From: an uncultured Rubrivivax sp.
GTDB taxonomy: Bacteria > Pseudomonadota > Gammaproteobacteria > Burkholderiales > Burkholderiaceae_C
DNA: 64,000 bases
Reading direction: 5' to 3'
Assembly: GCA_964454485.1 (NCBI GenBank)
Contig: CAYVXO010000002.1
Location: forward strand, 2,218 to 66,217
In this document: positions 1-12,408 of the stretch, piece by piece
Numbering within the stretch: the first letter of the stretch is position 1
Layout of the letters: each line of letters starts with the position of its first letter
Program-made: the position numbers and the translations under genes
The notes under the pieces: generated by a model
Database searches by the model: none
What the model saw: the letters and a program-made list of their open reading frames with translations, nothing else
Told to the model about the DNA's origin: nothing

Positions 1-393
1 TGCGGCGCCGCCTTCGCCCAGGCCACGCCCGCCGGGCTGTGGAAGACCATCGACGACGAGACGAAGCAGGAGAAGTCCTTCGTGCGCATCGTCGACAACG
101 CCGGCGTGCTGGCGGGGAAGATCGAGAAGCTGCTCGACCCCGGCAAGCAGGACGCGAAGTGCGAGAAGTGCAGCGACGCGCGTAAGGACCAGCCGGTGAT
201 GGGCATGACCATCATCGAGAACGTGAAGAAGAACCCCGATGAAGCCTACTGGGACGGCGGCACCATCCTCGACCCGAACAACGGCAAGACCTACCGCGTG
301 CGCCTGACCCCCAAGGACGGCGGCAAGGCGCTCGAAGTGCGGGGCTTCATCGGCCCGTTCTATCGCAACCAGACCTGGCTGCGGGTCGAATAA
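1..393 (+). CDS. DUF2147 family secreted protein (5' end outside window)
   Basis: Frame open from base 1 (AFAQATPAGLWKTIDDETK...); has C-x2-C, WDGGTILDPNNGKTY and RNQTW motifs typical of DUF2147. Confidence 0.85.
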   Translation, partial: CGAAFAQATPAGLWKTIDDETKQEKSFVRIVDNAGVLAGKIEKLLDPGKQDAKCEKCSDARKDQPVMGMTIIENVKKNPDEAYWDGGTILDPNNGKTYRVRLTPKDGGKALEVRGFIGPFYRNQTWLRVE

Positions 394-396
394 GGA

Positions 397-2790
397 GTGA
401 GCCCCGTGAACCGATTCCCCGTGCGCAAGGTGGCCGTGCTCGGCGCCGGCGTGATGGGCGCGCAGATCGCCGCCCATCTGGTCAACTGCAACGTGCCCGT
501 GGTGCTGTTCGACCTTCCCGCGAAGGAAGGTCCCAAGAACGGCATCGTCACGAAGGCCGTGGAAGGGCTGAAGAAGCTCAAGCCCGCGCCGCTGGGCGTG
601 CCCGAGGACGCGGCGCGCATCCAGCCCGCCAACTACGAGGAGCACCTGGCGCTGCTGGGTGAATGCGACCTCGTCATCGAGGCCATCGCCGAGCGCATGG
701 ACTGGAAGCTGGACCTGTACCAGCGCATCGCCGGCGCGCTGGCACCGCACGCCATCGTGGCCAGCAACACCTCGGGGCTGTCGATCACGAAGCTCTCCGA
801 AGCGCTGCCCGACAACGTGAAGCCGCGCTTCTGCGGCATCCACTTCTTCAACCCGCCGCGCTACATGCTGCTGGTGGAGCTGATCAACACCCCGGCGACC
901 AAGCCCGAGGTGCTGGACCAGCTGGAAAGCTTCGTCACCAGCACGCTGGGCAAGGGCGTGGTGCGGGCGAAGGACACGCCCAACTTCATCGCCAACCGCG
1001 TCGGGATCGCCGGCATGCTGGCCACGATCAAGGAGGCGGAGAAGTACGGCCTCTCGTACGACGTGGTCGACGACCTCACCGGCAAGAAGATGGGCCGCGC
1101 CTCCAGCGGCACCTTCCGCACCGCCGACGTGGTGGGGCTGGACACGATGGCCCACGTCATCAAGACGCTGCAGGACAACCTGGCCGACGACCCGTTCTTC
1201 CCGAGCTACGCCACGCCGCCGGTGCTGAAGGGGCTGATCGAGAAGGGCGCGCTGGGCCAGAAGACCGGCGCGGGCTTCTACAAGAAGGTGGGCAGGGACA
1301 TCCTGCGCCTGGACCCGGCCAAGGGCGAGTACGTGGCCGGCGGCGGCAAGGCCGAGCCCATCGTCGAGCGCATGCTCAAGAAGCCGGCCGCCGAACGCCT
1401 GAAGCTGCTGCGCGAGAGCCCCAACCCGCAGGCGCAGTTCGTCTGGGCCATCCTGCGCGACGCCTTCCACTACGCCGCGGTGCACCTGGAAGCCATCGCC
1501 GACAACGCGCGCGACGTCGACTTCGCGATGCGCTGGGGCTTCGGCATGAAGCAGGGCCCGTTCGAGCTCTGGCAGGACGCCGGCTGGCAGCAGGTGGCGG
1601 GCTGGGTGAAGGAAGACATCGACGCCGGCAAGGCGCTGTCGACCGCGCCGCTGCCGGCCTGGGTGTTCGACGGCCGCAGCGGGGTGCACACGCCGGAAGG
1701 CAGCTGGAGCCCTTCGAAGAAGGCCTATGTGCCCAGGAGCGAGCTGCCGGTGTACTGCCGCCAGCACTTCCCCGAGGCCGTGCTCGGCTCGGGCGCGAAG
1801 GACGCATTGAAGAGCGGCACGGAGGTCTGGAAGAACGACGAGATCCGCCTCTGGACGCTGCACGGCGACGTGCTCGTCGCCAGCATCACCGCCAAGCTGC
1901 ACCTCATCAGCCCGGCCGTCACCGAAGGCCTGCTGAAGGCGGTGGAACTGGCCGAACAGTCTTACCAGGGCCTGGTGATCTGGAGCCCGGACGACGTGTT
2001 CTCGGCCGGCGCCAATCTCGAGTCGCTGATGCCGGTGTTCATGAAGCTGGGCGCCAAGGGCATCGCGCCCGAGGAGAAGAAACTGCAGGACGCGATGCTG
2101 CGCATCCGCTACGCGCAGGTGCCGGTGGTGAGCGCGATCCGCGGCCTCGCGCTGGGCGGCGGCTGCGAGCTGGCGGTGCACAGCGCGCGCCGCGTGGCGG
2201 CGATGGAAAGCTACGTCGGCCTGGTGGAAGTGGGCGTGGGTCTCATCCCCGGCGGCGGCGGCCTGGCCTACGTGGCGCGCCGCGCGGCCGAGATGGCGAA
2301 CGCGGCGAACGCGAACGCCGACATCCTGAAGTTCGCCTTCGACGGCCTGCTGAGCGCCGCGATGGCCAAGGTGGGCACGAGCGCGATCGAAAGCCGCAAG
2401 CTCGGCTACCTGGTCGACGGCGACGTCATCGTGCCGCACAAGGACGAGTTGCTGCACGTGGCGCTGACGCAGGCGAAGGCGATGGCCGAAAGCGGGTACC
2501 GTCCGCCGGCGAAGGCGCTGTTCCCGGTGGCCGGCCGCAATGCGATCGCCACCATCAAGGGCCAGCTCGCCAACATGCGCGACGGCGGCTTCATCAGCGC
2601 GCACGACTTCCACATCAGCACGCTGATCGCCGAGGTGGTGTGCGGCGGCGACGTCGACGCCGGCTCGCTGGTGACCGAGGACTACCTGATGGCCATGGAG
2701 CGCGAGCGCTTCTGCGCGCTGCTGGAACACCCGAAGACCCAGGAACGGATCATGGGCATGCTGCAGACCGGCAAGCCGGTGAGGAACTGA
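397..2790 (+). CDS. 3-hydroxyacyl-CoA dehydrogenase / enoyl-CoA hydratase fusion (FadN-like)
   Basis: GAGVMG Rossmann motif, SNTSG, HFFNPP; C-terminal crotonase domain (GGGCE). Confidence 0.93.
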   Translation: MSPVNRFPVRKVAVLGAGVMGAQIAAHLVNCNVPVVLFDLPAKEGPKNGIVTKAVEGLKKLKPAPLGVPEDAARIQPANYEEHLALLGECDLVIEAIAERMDWKLDLYQRIAGALAPHAIVASNTSGLSITKLSEALPDNVKPRFCGIHFFNPPRYMLLVELINTPATKPEVLDQLESFVTSTLGKGVVRAKDTPNFIANRVGIAGMLATIKEAEKYGLSYDVVDDLTGKKMGRASSGTFRTADVVGLDTMAHVIKTLQDNLADDPFFPSYATPPVLKGLIEKGALGQKTGAGFYKKVGRDILRLDPAKGEYVAGGGKAEPIVERMLKKPAAERLKLLRESPNPQAQFVWAILRDAFHYAAVHLEAIADNARDVDFAMRWGFGMKQGPFELWQDAGWQQVAGWVKEDIDAGKALSTAPLPAWVFDGRSGVHTPEGSWSPSKKAYVPRSELPVYCRQHFPEAVLGSGAKDALKSGTEVWKNDEIRLWTLHGDVLVASITAKLHLISPAVTEGLLKAVELAEQSYQGLVIWSPDDVFSAGANLESLMPVFMKLGAKGIAPEEKKLQDAMLRIRYAQVPVVSAIRGLALGGGCELAVHSARRVAAMESYVGLVEVGVGLIPGGGGLAYVARRAAEMANAANANADILKFAFDGLLSAAMAKVGTSAIESRKLGYLVDGDVIVPHKDELLHVALTQAKAMAESGYRPPAKALFPVAGRNAIATIKGQLANMRDGGFISAHDFHISTLIAEVVCGGDVDAGSLVTEDYLMAMERERFCALLEHPKTQERIMGMLQTGKPVRN

Positions 2791-2791
2791 G

Positions 2792-3991
2792 ATGAGCAAG
2801 CAAGTTCAAGACGCGTACATCGTCGCCGCCACCCGCACGCCCATCGGCAAGGCGCCGCGCGGCATGTTCCGCCACATGCGCCCCGACGACCTGCTGGTCG
2901 CCGCGGTGCGGCACGCGCTTTCGCAGGTGCCCACGCTGGACCCGAAGGCGATCGAGGACGCCATCGTCGGCTGCAGCTTCCCCGAAGCCGAGCAGGGCAT
3001 GAACATGGCGCGCGTGGCGATGGTGCTCGCGGGCCTGCCGCATTCGGTGGGCGGGGTCACCGTCAACCGCTTCTGCGCGAGCGGCGTCACCGCGCTGGCG
3101 ATGGCGGCCGACCGCATCCGCGTCGGCGAGGCCGACGTGATGATCGCCGGCGGCGCCGAGAGCATGAGCGTGGTGCCGATGGGCGGCAACAAGGCCAGCT
3201 ACAACCCCGAGATCTTCGCCAAGGACGAGAACGTGGGCATCGCCTACGGCATGGGCCTCACCGCCGAGAAGGTGGCGGCGCAGTGGAAGGTCAGCCGCGA
3301 GGCCCAGGACGAGTTCGCGCTCGGCTCGCACCAGAAGGCGCTGGCCGCCATCCAGGCCGGCGCCTTTGCCGACGAGATGACGCCGGTGCAGGTGGTCAGC
3401 CGCGTACCCAGCCTCGCGACCGGCGGGGTCGACATCCAGGCGCGCACGGTCGCCATCGACGAGGGCCCGCGCAAGGACACCACGCTCGAAGGCCTGGCCA
3501 AGCTGAAGCCGGTGTTCGCCGCCAAGGGCAGCGTCACTGCCGGCAACAGCAGCCAGACCAGCGACGGCGCCGGCGCGCTCATCCTGGCCAGCGAGAAGGC
3601 GGTGAAGCAGTTCGGCCTCACGCCGCTGGCGCGCTTCGTCAGCTTCGCGGTGCGCGGCGTGCCGCCAGAGATCATGGGCATCGGCCCGATCGAGGCCATT
3701 CCCGCGGCGCTGAAGTCGGCCGGTCTGAAGCAGGACGACCTGGGCTGGATCGAGCTGAACGAGGCCTTCGCGGCGCAGGCGCTGGCGGTCATCAACACGG
3801 TCGGGCTGGACCCGAAGAAGGTGAACCCGATGGGCGGCGCCATCGCGCTCGGCCATCCGCTGGGCGCCACCGGCGCCATCCGCGCCGCCACGGTGGTGCA
3901 TGCGCTGCACCGTCACCAGCTGAAGTACGGCATGGTGACCATGTGCGTCGGCATGGGCCAGGGCGCGGCCGGCATCATCGAGAGGGTTTGA
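2792..3991 (+). CDS. fadA: acetyl-CoA C-acyltransferase (3-ketoacyl-CoA thiolase)
   Basis: NRFCASG, NEAFAAQ, GHPLGATG and MCVGMG thiolase motifs. Confidence 0.93.
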   Translation: MSKQVQDAYIVAATRTPIGKAPRGMFRHMRPDDLLVAAVRHALSQVPTLDPKAIEDAIVGCSFPEAEQGMNMARVAMVLAGLPHSVGGVTVNRFCASGVTALAMAADRIRVGEADVMIAGGAESMSVVPMGGNKASYNPEIFAKDENVGIAYGMGLTAEKVAAQWKVSREAQDEFALGSHQKALAAIQAGAFADEMTPVQVVSRVPSLATGGVDIQARTVAIDEGPRKDTTLEGLAKLKPVFAAKGSVTAGNSSQTSDGAGALILASEKAVKQFGLTPLARFVSFAVRGVPPEIMGIGPIEAIPAALKSAGLKQDDLGWIELNEAFAAQALAVINTVGLDPKKVNPMGGAIALGHPLGATGAIRAATVVHALHRHQLKYGMVTMCVGMGQGAAGIIERV

Positions 3992-3995
3992 CACC

Positions 3996-4769
3996 GTGAG
4001 CATCAAGACCGCCACCCTGAACGGCGTCGCGACGATCGAGATCGCGCGGCCGGAGAAGAAGAACGCGCTCACGATCGCGATGTACGCCGACATGGCCGAG
4101 GCGCTGAACGCCGCCGTCGCCGACAACGCGGTGCGCGCGGTGCTGATCACGGGCCAGCCGGGCATCTTCACCAGTGGCAACGACATCGAGGACTTCATGA
4201 AGCGGCCGCCCGGCAGCGGCAGCGACGCGATGGACTCGCCGGTGTTCCGCTTCATGCGCGCGCTGCTGGAGTGCGACAAGCCGGTGGTGGCGGCGGTCAC
4301 CGGCGCGGCCATCGGCATCGGCACCACGATGCTGCTGCACTGCGACTTCGTCTACGTCTCCGACGAGGCGCGCCTGGCCATGCCCTTCGTCAGCCTGGGC
4401 CTGGTGCCCGAATACGCTTCCAGCCTGCTGGTGCCGCAGCTGATGGGCCACGCGCGCGCGGCCGAGAAGCTGCTGCTGGGCGACCCCTTCAGCGGCGAAC
4501 AGGCGGTGGAATGCGGCATCGCCAACGCGGTGCTGCCGGCGGCCGAAGTGGTGAACCATGCGCGCCGCGTCGCCGAGCGCTTCAACACGCTGCCGCCGGG
4601 CGCCGTGCGCGGCGCCAAGAAGCTGCTGCGCACGCCGCAGCGCGAGCAGATCCTGGCAACGATCAAGACCGAAGGCGAGCTCTTCGGCCAGCGCCTGCGC
4701 AGCCCGGAGGCGATGGAAGCCTTCCAGGCCTTCTTCCAGAAGCGCAAGCCCGACTTCAGCAAGTTCTGA
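3996..4769 (+). CDS. enoyl-CoA hydratase/isomerase family protein
   Basis: RPEKKNAL, FTSGND, AIGIG crotonase motifs; in operon with thiolase. Confidence 0.9.
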   Translation: MSIKTATLNGVATIEIARPEKKNALTIAMYADMAEALNAAVADNAVRAVLITGQPGIFTSGNDIEDFMKRPPGSGSDAMDSPVFRFMRALLECDKPVVAAVTGAAIGIGTTMLLHCDFVYVSDEARLAMPFVSLGLVPEYASSLLVPQLMGHARAAEKLLLGDPFSGEQAVECGIANAVLPAAEVVNHARRVAERFNTLPPGAVRGAKKLLRTPQREQILATIKTEGELFGQRLRSPEAMEAFQAFFQKRKPDFSKF

Positions 4770-5501
4770 ATGTCGCTGACCGCGAAGCTCGTCCTCAGCC
4801 CGGTGCTCGTCGCGCAGGCGCTCCGCCTGCGGGCGAAGCTGCCGCGGCTGCCCGAAGCCGAAGGCGAACGCCAGGGCGCGGTGGGCGAAGGGCCGCGGCT
4901 GAAGCTCTTGATCGCCGGCGACTCGTCGGCCGCCGGCGTCGGCGTGGTGCACCAGAAGGACGCCCTCGCCGGCCAGCTGGTGCCGCGGCTGGCCAAGGAC
5001 TGCGGCGCGCGCGTCGAGTGGCAGCTGGTGGCCGCCAGCGGGCTGACCACCGCGCAGACGCTGCACCGCCTGCAGCGCGAGAGCCTGCCCCACTTCGACC
5101 TGGCGCTGGTGGTCACCGGCGTCAACGACGTCATCGACCAGGTGCCCTCGCACCACGCCGTCTCGGCGCGCGAGGCGCTGGCCAACTGGCTGCGCAACGG
5201 GCTGGGCGTGTTTCACGTGGTGTTCGCGCCGCTGCCGCCGGTGCACCAGTTCCCCAGCCTGCCGCAACCGTTGCGCTGGGTGGCCGGCAGCGACGCGCGC
5301 CGCCACGACCGCGCGCTGGAGCGCTGGGCCGCCACGCGCGGCGACGTCACGCGCGTCGCCTTGCAGCTGAGCCTGAACCGCGGCGTGATGGCGGCCGACG
5401 GCTTCCACCCCGGCGCCAAGGCCTACCGCCAGTACGCAGGCGCCATCGCGCGCCACATCGCCACCGAGTTGTGGCCCCGCATCCGAGGAGGGACGACATG
5501 A
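4770..5501 (+). CDS. SGNH/GDSL hydrolase
   Basis: GDSS block I, GVND block III, DGFHP block V. Confidence 0.88.
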   Translation: MSLTAKLVLSPVLVAQALRLRAKLPRLPEAEGERQGAVGEGPRLKLLIAGDSSAAGVGVVHQKDALAGQLVPRLAKDCGARVEWQLVAASGLTTAQTLHRLQRESLPHFDLALVVTGVNDVIDQVPSHHAVSAREALANWLRNGLGVFHVVFAPLPPVHQFPSLPQPLRWVAGSDARRHDRALERWAATRGDVTRVALQLSLNRGVMAADGFHPGAKAYRQYAGAIARHIATELWPRIRGGTT

Positions 5502-6337
5502 CCGACCGCAGCCTCAAGGGCAGGACGCTCTTCATCACCGGCGCCAGCCGCGGCATCGGCCTGGCGATCGCGAAGCGCGCCGCCGCCGACGGCGCCAACA
5601 TCGTGCTGGTGGCCAAGACCACCGAGCCCAATCCCAGGCTGCCGGGCACGCTGTTCAGCGCGGCCGAAGAGATCGTCGCCGCCGGCGGCCAGGCGCTGCC
5701 GGTGCCCACCGACATCCGCGACGAGGACGCGGTGGCCGCGGCGGTGAAGGCCGGCGTGGAGCGTTTCGGCGGCATCGACATCCTGGTCAACAACGCCAGC
5801 GCCATCAGCCTCACGAACACGCCGATGACGCCGATGAAGCGCTTCGACCTGATGTTCGGCGTCAACGTGCGCGGCACCTACTGCTGCACCCAGGCCTGCC
5901 TGCCGGAGCTCGTCAGGAGCGCCCAGGCCGGCCGCAACCCGCACGTGCTGAACATGAGCCCGCCGCTGTCGATGAAGGAGCACTGGTTCAAGGGCCACGT
6001 GGCCTACACGATGGCCAAGTACGGCATGAGCGAGTGCACGCTGGGCCACGCCGGCGAGTTCCGCTCCAAGGGCATCGCGGTCAACAGCCTGTGGCCGCGC
6101 ACCGCCATTGCCACCGCGGCGCTGCAGATGATCCCGGGCGTGGACCTGAACCTGTGCCGCAAGCCGGAGATCCTGTCCGACGCCGCCTGGTGGATCCTCA
6201 CCAGCGACGCGAAGACCACCACCGGGCAGTTCTTCATAGACGACGAACTGCTGGCGAAGCACGGCGTGACCGACTTCGCCCGCTATGCGGTGGTGCCGGG
6301 CACGAAGAACCTGATCCCGGACTTCTTCGTCGACTGA
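5498..6337 (+). CDS. short-chain dehydrogenase (HSDL2-like)
   Basis: ATG overlaps upstream TGA with a GAGGAGG RBS; TGASRGIG, NNAS, YTMAK motifs. Confidence 0.9.
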   Translation: MTDRSLKGRTLFITGASRGIGLAIAKRAAADGANIVLVAKTTEPNPRLPGTLFSAAEEIVAAGGQALPVPTDIRDEDAVAAAVKAGVERFGGIDILVNNASAISLTNTPMTPMKRFDLMFGVNVRGTYCCTQACLPELVRSAQAGRNPHVLNMSPPLSMKEHWFKGHVAYTMAKYGMSECTLGHAGEFRSKGIAVNSLWPRTAIATAALQMIPGVDLNLCRKPEILSDAAWWILTSDAKTTTGQFFIDDELLAKHGVTDFARYAVVPGTKNLIPDFFVD

Positions 6338-6356
6338 GGCCCGGCGCGGGCGGCGG

Positions 6357-6770
6357 TCAGTCCCGGGGCAGCGGCCGCGGCCGGCCCTCCATGTCGATCG
6401 CCACGTAGGTGAGGTTGGCCTCGGTCACCTTCACCACCTGCGGCGCGGCTGGGTTGCGCTCGGCGTAGACCTCGACGTGCACCGTCACCGAGGTGGTGCC
6501 CACGCGCGTGATGAGCGCGTAGAAGCTCAGCAGGTCGCCCACCGAGACCGGCTGCTTGAAGACGAACTGGTTCACCGACACGGTGGCCATGCGCCCCTTG
6601 GCGATGCGCACCGGCAGCACCGCGCCGGCGAGGTCGACCTGGGCCATGATCCAGCCGCCGAAGATGTCGCCGTTGGCGTTGGCGTCGGCCGGCATCGGCA
6701 TCACGCGCAGCACCAGCTGGGCGCCGCTGGCCAGGGTGGCGGGCGCCAGTTCGAGGGTGCTGGGATCCAT
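6357..6770 (-). CDS. acyl-CoA thioesterase (YciA-like hotdog fold)
   Basis: MPADANANGDIFGGWIMAQVD motif; GGAGG RBS before MDPST. Confidence 0.9.
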   Translation of the reverse strand: MDPSTLELAPATLASGAQLVLRVMPMPADANANGDIFGGWIMAQVDLAGAVLPVRIAKGRMATVSVNQFVFKQPVSVGDLLSFYALITRVGTTSVTVHVEVYAERNPAAPQVVKVTEANLTYVAIDMEGRPRPLPRD

Positions 6771-6825
6771 GGTCTTCCTCCGGTCGTGACGCCCGCCATT
6801 GTGACGGCGGCGACAATGCAGCCCG

Positions 6826-7782
6826 ATGTGGCCGCGCTCCCGCCCCGACACGCAGCACGACATCGGCCGCCGGCTCCAGCGGCTGGCGCGCGTGTTCCCG
6901 CTCGAGCGCATGGCGCACGAACGCATGGGCCTGGCCGAGGTGGCGAGCTACTACGACGTCTGCTTCGAGGCCTACCGCCGCCACCATTCGGCCGAAGGCG
7001 CGGTGCACATGGCGCTCAACGAGGACGGCCGCTTCGACGCCGCGGGCTTCCGCGGCCAGCTCGAGCGCATCGAAGCCGCCTGGCGCGCCGAGCCGCCGCG
7101 CGACGTGCTGGAACTCGCCTTCGGCCAGGGCTTCAACCTCGCCTTCCTGGCGCCGCGCTTCCCGCAGGCGCGTTTCGCAGGGCTGGACCTCACGCCGCGC
7201 AACGTGGCGCACGTGCGTGACCTGCTCGCCGGCCGCGGCATCGCCAACGTGGTGCTGCAGGAAGGCGATTACCACTGGCTGCCGTACGCGGGCGCCTCGT
7301 TCGACCAGCTCTACTGCATCGAGGCGCTGTGCCACGCGCTGGACACGCCGCGCGCGCTGGCCGAGGCGGCGCGCGTGCTGCGCCCCGGCGGTGCGCTCAC
7401 GGTGTTCGACGGCTACCTCTCGCGCCCGCTCGAAGGCCTGCCCGAGACCGAGGCGCTGGCGGTGCGCCTGGTCGCCAAGGGCATGGCGATCGAACGCTTC
7501 CAGGTCGCCGACGAGTTCGTCGCCCAGGCCGCCGCCGCCGGCCTGAAGGCCGAATGCGTGCAGGCGCTGGACGCGCAGATCATGCCCAGCCTGAAGCGGC
7601 TGGAAAGGCTCACCGGCGCGGTCGTGCGCTGGCCCTGGCTGGGCCGGCGCGCGCTGGCGCGCCGCCACCCGATGCGCGGCCGCAACGTGCTGGCCGGCTA
7701 CCTGATGCGCAGCCTGGTCGCCCACGGGCTGCTGACCTACCGCCACCTCGTCTTGCGCAAGCCGCCTGCCGCCGCCACCTGA
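6826..7782 (+). CDS. class I SAM-dependent methyltransferase
   Basis: VLELAFGQG motif I, GLDL, EALCH, VLRPGG. Confidence 0.85.
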   Translation: MWPRSRPDTQHDIGRRLQRLARVFPLERMAHERMGLAEVASYYDVCFEAYRRHHSAEGAVHMALNEDGRFDAAGFRGQLERIEAAWRAEPPRDVLELAFGQGFNLAFLAPRFPQARFAGLDLTPRNVAHVRDLLAGRGIANVVLQEGDYHWLPYAGASFDQLYCIEALCHALDTPRALAEAARVLRPGGALTVFDGYLSRPLEGLPETEALAVRLVAKGMAIERFQVADEFVAQAAAAGLKAECVQALDAQIMPSLKRLERLTGAVVRWPWLGRRALARRHPMRGRNVLAGYLMRSLVAHGLLTYRHLVLRKPPAAAT

Positions 7783-7787
7783 CACCG

Positions 7788-9614
<1,827 letters not shown>

Positions 9615-9677
9615 CTGCGGGTTTCCCGCCATGCCGGGGCGGCTGTGGCCCGCCGGGGGCGGCGCCACAATCCCCGC

Positions 9678-10592
9678 GTGGACACCAAGTGGCTGGAGGA
9701 CTTCGTCGCCCTCGCCGAGACGCGCAGCTTCTCGCGCGCCGCCCAGATGCGGCACGTCACGCAGCCGGCCTTCTCGCGCCGCATCCAGGCGCTGGAGGCG
9801 TGGACCGGCATCGACCTCGTCGACCGCTCGTCGTTCCCGACCCGCCTCACGCCCGCCGGCGAGACCTTCCACGCCCAGGCGCTGGAGATCCTGGGCACGC
9901 TGCAGGCCACGCGCAACATGATGCGCAGCCACCAGGCGGCGGGGCAGGACATGATCGAGTTCGCGGTGCCGCACACGCTGGCCTTCACCTTCTTCCCGCA
10001 CTGGCTGATGGACCTGCGGGCGCACTTCGCGGGGCTGAAGTCGCGCCTCACGGCGCTCAACGTGCACGACGCCGTGTTGCGCCTCACCGAAGGCGGCTGC
10101 GACCTGCTGATCGCCTACCACCACCCGGCGCAGCCGCTGCAGTTGTCCAGCGACCGCTACGAGATGCTCACCCTCGGCCGCGAGACGCTGGCGCCCTACG
10201 CCAAGGCCGACGCCGACGGCCAGCCGATGTTCCCCCTGCCCGGCCCGCTGGGCGTGCGCGTGCCCTTCCTGGCCTACGCCTCCGGCGCCTACCTGGCGCG
10301 CCTGGTGGAAGTGATCCTGAAGGACGCCGACAAGCCCGCCGCGCTGGACGCCATCTACGAGACCGACATGGCCGAGGGCCTGAAGGCGATGGCGCTGGAA
10401 GGCCACGGCCTGGCCTTCCTGCCGGTGAGCTCGGTGCGCAAGGAGCTGAAGGCGCGCCGGCTGGTGCCGGCCGCGCCTTCGGGCAGCTTCGAGCTGACGA
10501 TGGACGTGCGCATCTACCGCGAGCGGCCCGAGCACGCGCGCCTCGTCAAGCCCCTCGCCCAGGCGGTGTGGGAGTTCCTCAGCAAGGGTTGA
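9678..10592 (+). CDS. LysR family transcriptional regulator
   Basis: GTG start; WLEDF...SFSRAA...TQPAFSRRI HTH. Confidence 0.92.
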   Translation: MDTKWLEDFVALAETRSFSRAAQMRHVTQPAFSRRIQALEAWTGIDLVDRSSFPTRLTPAGETFHAQALEILGTLQATRNMMRSHQAAGQDMIEFAVPHTLAFTFFPHWLMDLRAHFAGLKSRLTALNVHDAVLRLTEGGCDLLIAYHHPAQPLQLSSDRYEMLTLGRETLAPYAKADADGQPMFPLPGPLGVRVPFLAYASGAYLARLVEVILKDADKPAALDAIYETDMAEGLKAMALEGHGLAFLPVSSVRKELKARRLVPAAPSGSFELTMDVRIYRERPEHARLVKPLAQAVWEFLSKG

Positions 10593-10615
10593 GGCGTGGC
10601 CCCGGTGCACCGCCG

Positions 10616-10630
10616 ATGCGCGCCGCGCAT
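10616..10630. promoter_or_regulatory. candidate LysR-binding palindrome upstream of the amino-acid ABC operon
   Basis: ATGCGCGCCGCGCAT fits T-N11-A with dyad symmetry; -10-like TAGAAT at 10698-10703. Confidence 0.45.
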
Positions 10631-10769
10631 GGCTCGATTCCTGCTGTGCCGCAAAACGCACGGGCTTTCACGCAGGAGCCGGCCCCAGGGTGATCCCTAG
10701 AATGCCGGCTTCGCCCGCTGGCGGTGCACCGGCGGGTGTCGACGAGCCTCTCATCCCCCTGGAGTGAAC

Positions 10770-11657
10770 ATGAAGACCACGCTGATCGCGGCCGCCCTCT
10801 TGGCCGCCCTGGCCGCCCACGCCGACACCCTGGGCAAGATCAAGGAGTCCGGCGCCGTGACCATGGGCGTGCGCGAATCCTCCGGCGCACTGTCCTACAC
10901 GCTGGGCGACGGCAAGTACGCCGGCTTCCACGTCGAGGTCTGCCAGCGCGTGCTGGCCGACGTGCAGAAGAAGCTGGGCCTGCCCAAGCTGGACGTCAAG
11001 TACCAGGCGGTGACCTCGCAGAACCGCATCCCGCTGGTGCAGAACGGCACCGTCGACATCGAGTGCGGCAGCACCACCAACAACGCGGCGCGCCAGAAGG
11101 ACGTGTCCTTCGCCGTCACCACCTACGTCGAAGAGGTGCGCATCGCGGTGAAGGCCAATTCGGGCATCACCTCGATCGCACAGCTGAAGGACAAGAACGT
11201 CGCCACCACCACCGGCACCACCTCGGTCCAGCTGCTGCGCAAGCACGAGAAGGCCAACGGCGTGAACTTCAACGAGGTGTTCGGCAAGGACCACGCCGAC
11301 AGCTTCCTGCTGCTCGAATCGGGCCGCGCCGACGCCTTCGTGATGGACGGCCAGATCCTGGCCGGCAACATCGCCAAGGCCAAGAACCCGGCCGACTTCA
11401 AGATCGTCGGCGAGGTGCTCTCGGTGGAGCCGATCGCCATCATGATCCGCAAGGACGACCCGGCCTTCAAGAAGGCCGTCGACGACAGCATCGTCGCGAT
11501 GATGAAGTCGGGCGAGATGGCCAAGCTCTACGACAAGTGGTTCATGCAGCCCATCCCGCCGGCCAACACCCGGGTGGGCCTGCCGGCGAGCGAAGCCACC
11601 AAGGCCGCGTGGGCGAACCCGAACGACAAGCCGGTCGAAGAGTACGCGAAGAAGTAG
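10770..11657 (+). CDS. gltI: glutamate/aspartate ABC transporter substrate-binding protein
   Basis: Signal peptide; VTSQNRIPLVQNGTVDIECGSTTNN. Confidence 0.88.
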   Translation: MKTTLIAAALLAALAAHADTLGKIKESGAVTMGVRESSGALSYTLGDGKYAGFHVEVCQRVLADVQKKLGLPKLDVKYQAVTSQNRIPLVQNGTVDIECGSTTNNAARQKDVSFAVTTYVEEVRIAVKANSGITSIAQLKDKNVATTTGTTSVQLLRKHEKANGVNFNEVFGKDHADSFLLLESGRADAFVMDGQILAGNIAKAKNPADFKIVGEVLSVEPIAIMIRKDDPAFKKAVDDSIVAMMKSGEMAKLYDKWFMQPIPPANTRVGLPASEATKAAWANPNDKPVEEYAKK

Positions 11658-11663
11658 CGCGGC

Positions 11664-12401
11664 ATGGCAATGGAATGGCAGGTCTTCTGCAAGGAGACCA
11701 CCAGCGGTGAGGTCGTCGCCGGCTGCTTCGGCCGCGGCGGCGACGTCACCTACCTGAACTGGATCCTCAAGGCCTGGGGCTGGACGCTCTCGGTGGCCCT
11801 GCTGGCGCTGGTGGTGGCGCTGGTGGTGGGGTCGCTGGTGGGCATCCTGCGCACCACGCCGAGCCGCCGCCTGGTGGCGCTGGGCAACGCCTGGACCGAG
11901 CTGTTCCGCAACATCCCGCTGCTGGTGCAGATCTTCCTCTGGTACCACGTGCTGCCCTCGCTGTTCACCCCGCTGCGCGCGCTGCCCAGCTTCGTGCTGG
12001 TGGTGTTCGCGCTCGGCTTCTTCACCAGCGCGCGCATCGCCGAGCAGGTGAAGGCCGGCATCCAGAGCCTGCCGCGCGGCCAGCGCTACGCCGGCCTGGC
12101 GATGGGCCTGACGCTGCCGCAGACCTACCGCTACGTGCTGCTGCCGATGGCTTTCCGCATCGTCATCCCGCCGCTCACCAGCGAGTCGATGAACATCATC
12201 AAGAACTCCTCGGTGGCGTTCGCGGTGAGCATCGCCGAGCTCACCATGTTCGCCATGCAGGCGGGCGAGGAGACCGCGCGCAACGTCGAGATGTACCTGG
12301 CGGTGACGGTGCTGTACTTCGTCTCGGCCTTCGCGATCAACCGGGTCATGAAGGTGGTCGAGGAGAAGGTCCGCGTGCCCGGCATGATCGGCGGGAAGTG
12401 A
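11664..12401 (+). CDS. gltJ: glutamate/aspartate ABC permease
   Basis: FRNIPLLVQ, EAA-type loop, KNSS. Confidence 0.85.
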   Translation: MAMEWQVFCKETTSGEVVAGCFGRGGDVTYLNWILKAWGWTLSVALLALVVALVVGSLVGILRTTPSRRLVALGNAWTELFRNIPLLVQIFLWYHVLPSLFTPLRALPSFVLVVFALGFFTSARIAEQVKAGIQSLPRGQRYAGLAMGLTLPQTYRYVLLPMAFRIVIPPLTSESMNIIKNSSVAFAVSIAELTMFAMQAGEETARNVEMYLAVTVLYFVSAFAINRVMKVVEEKVRVPGMIGGK

Positions 12402-12408
12402 AGCCGCG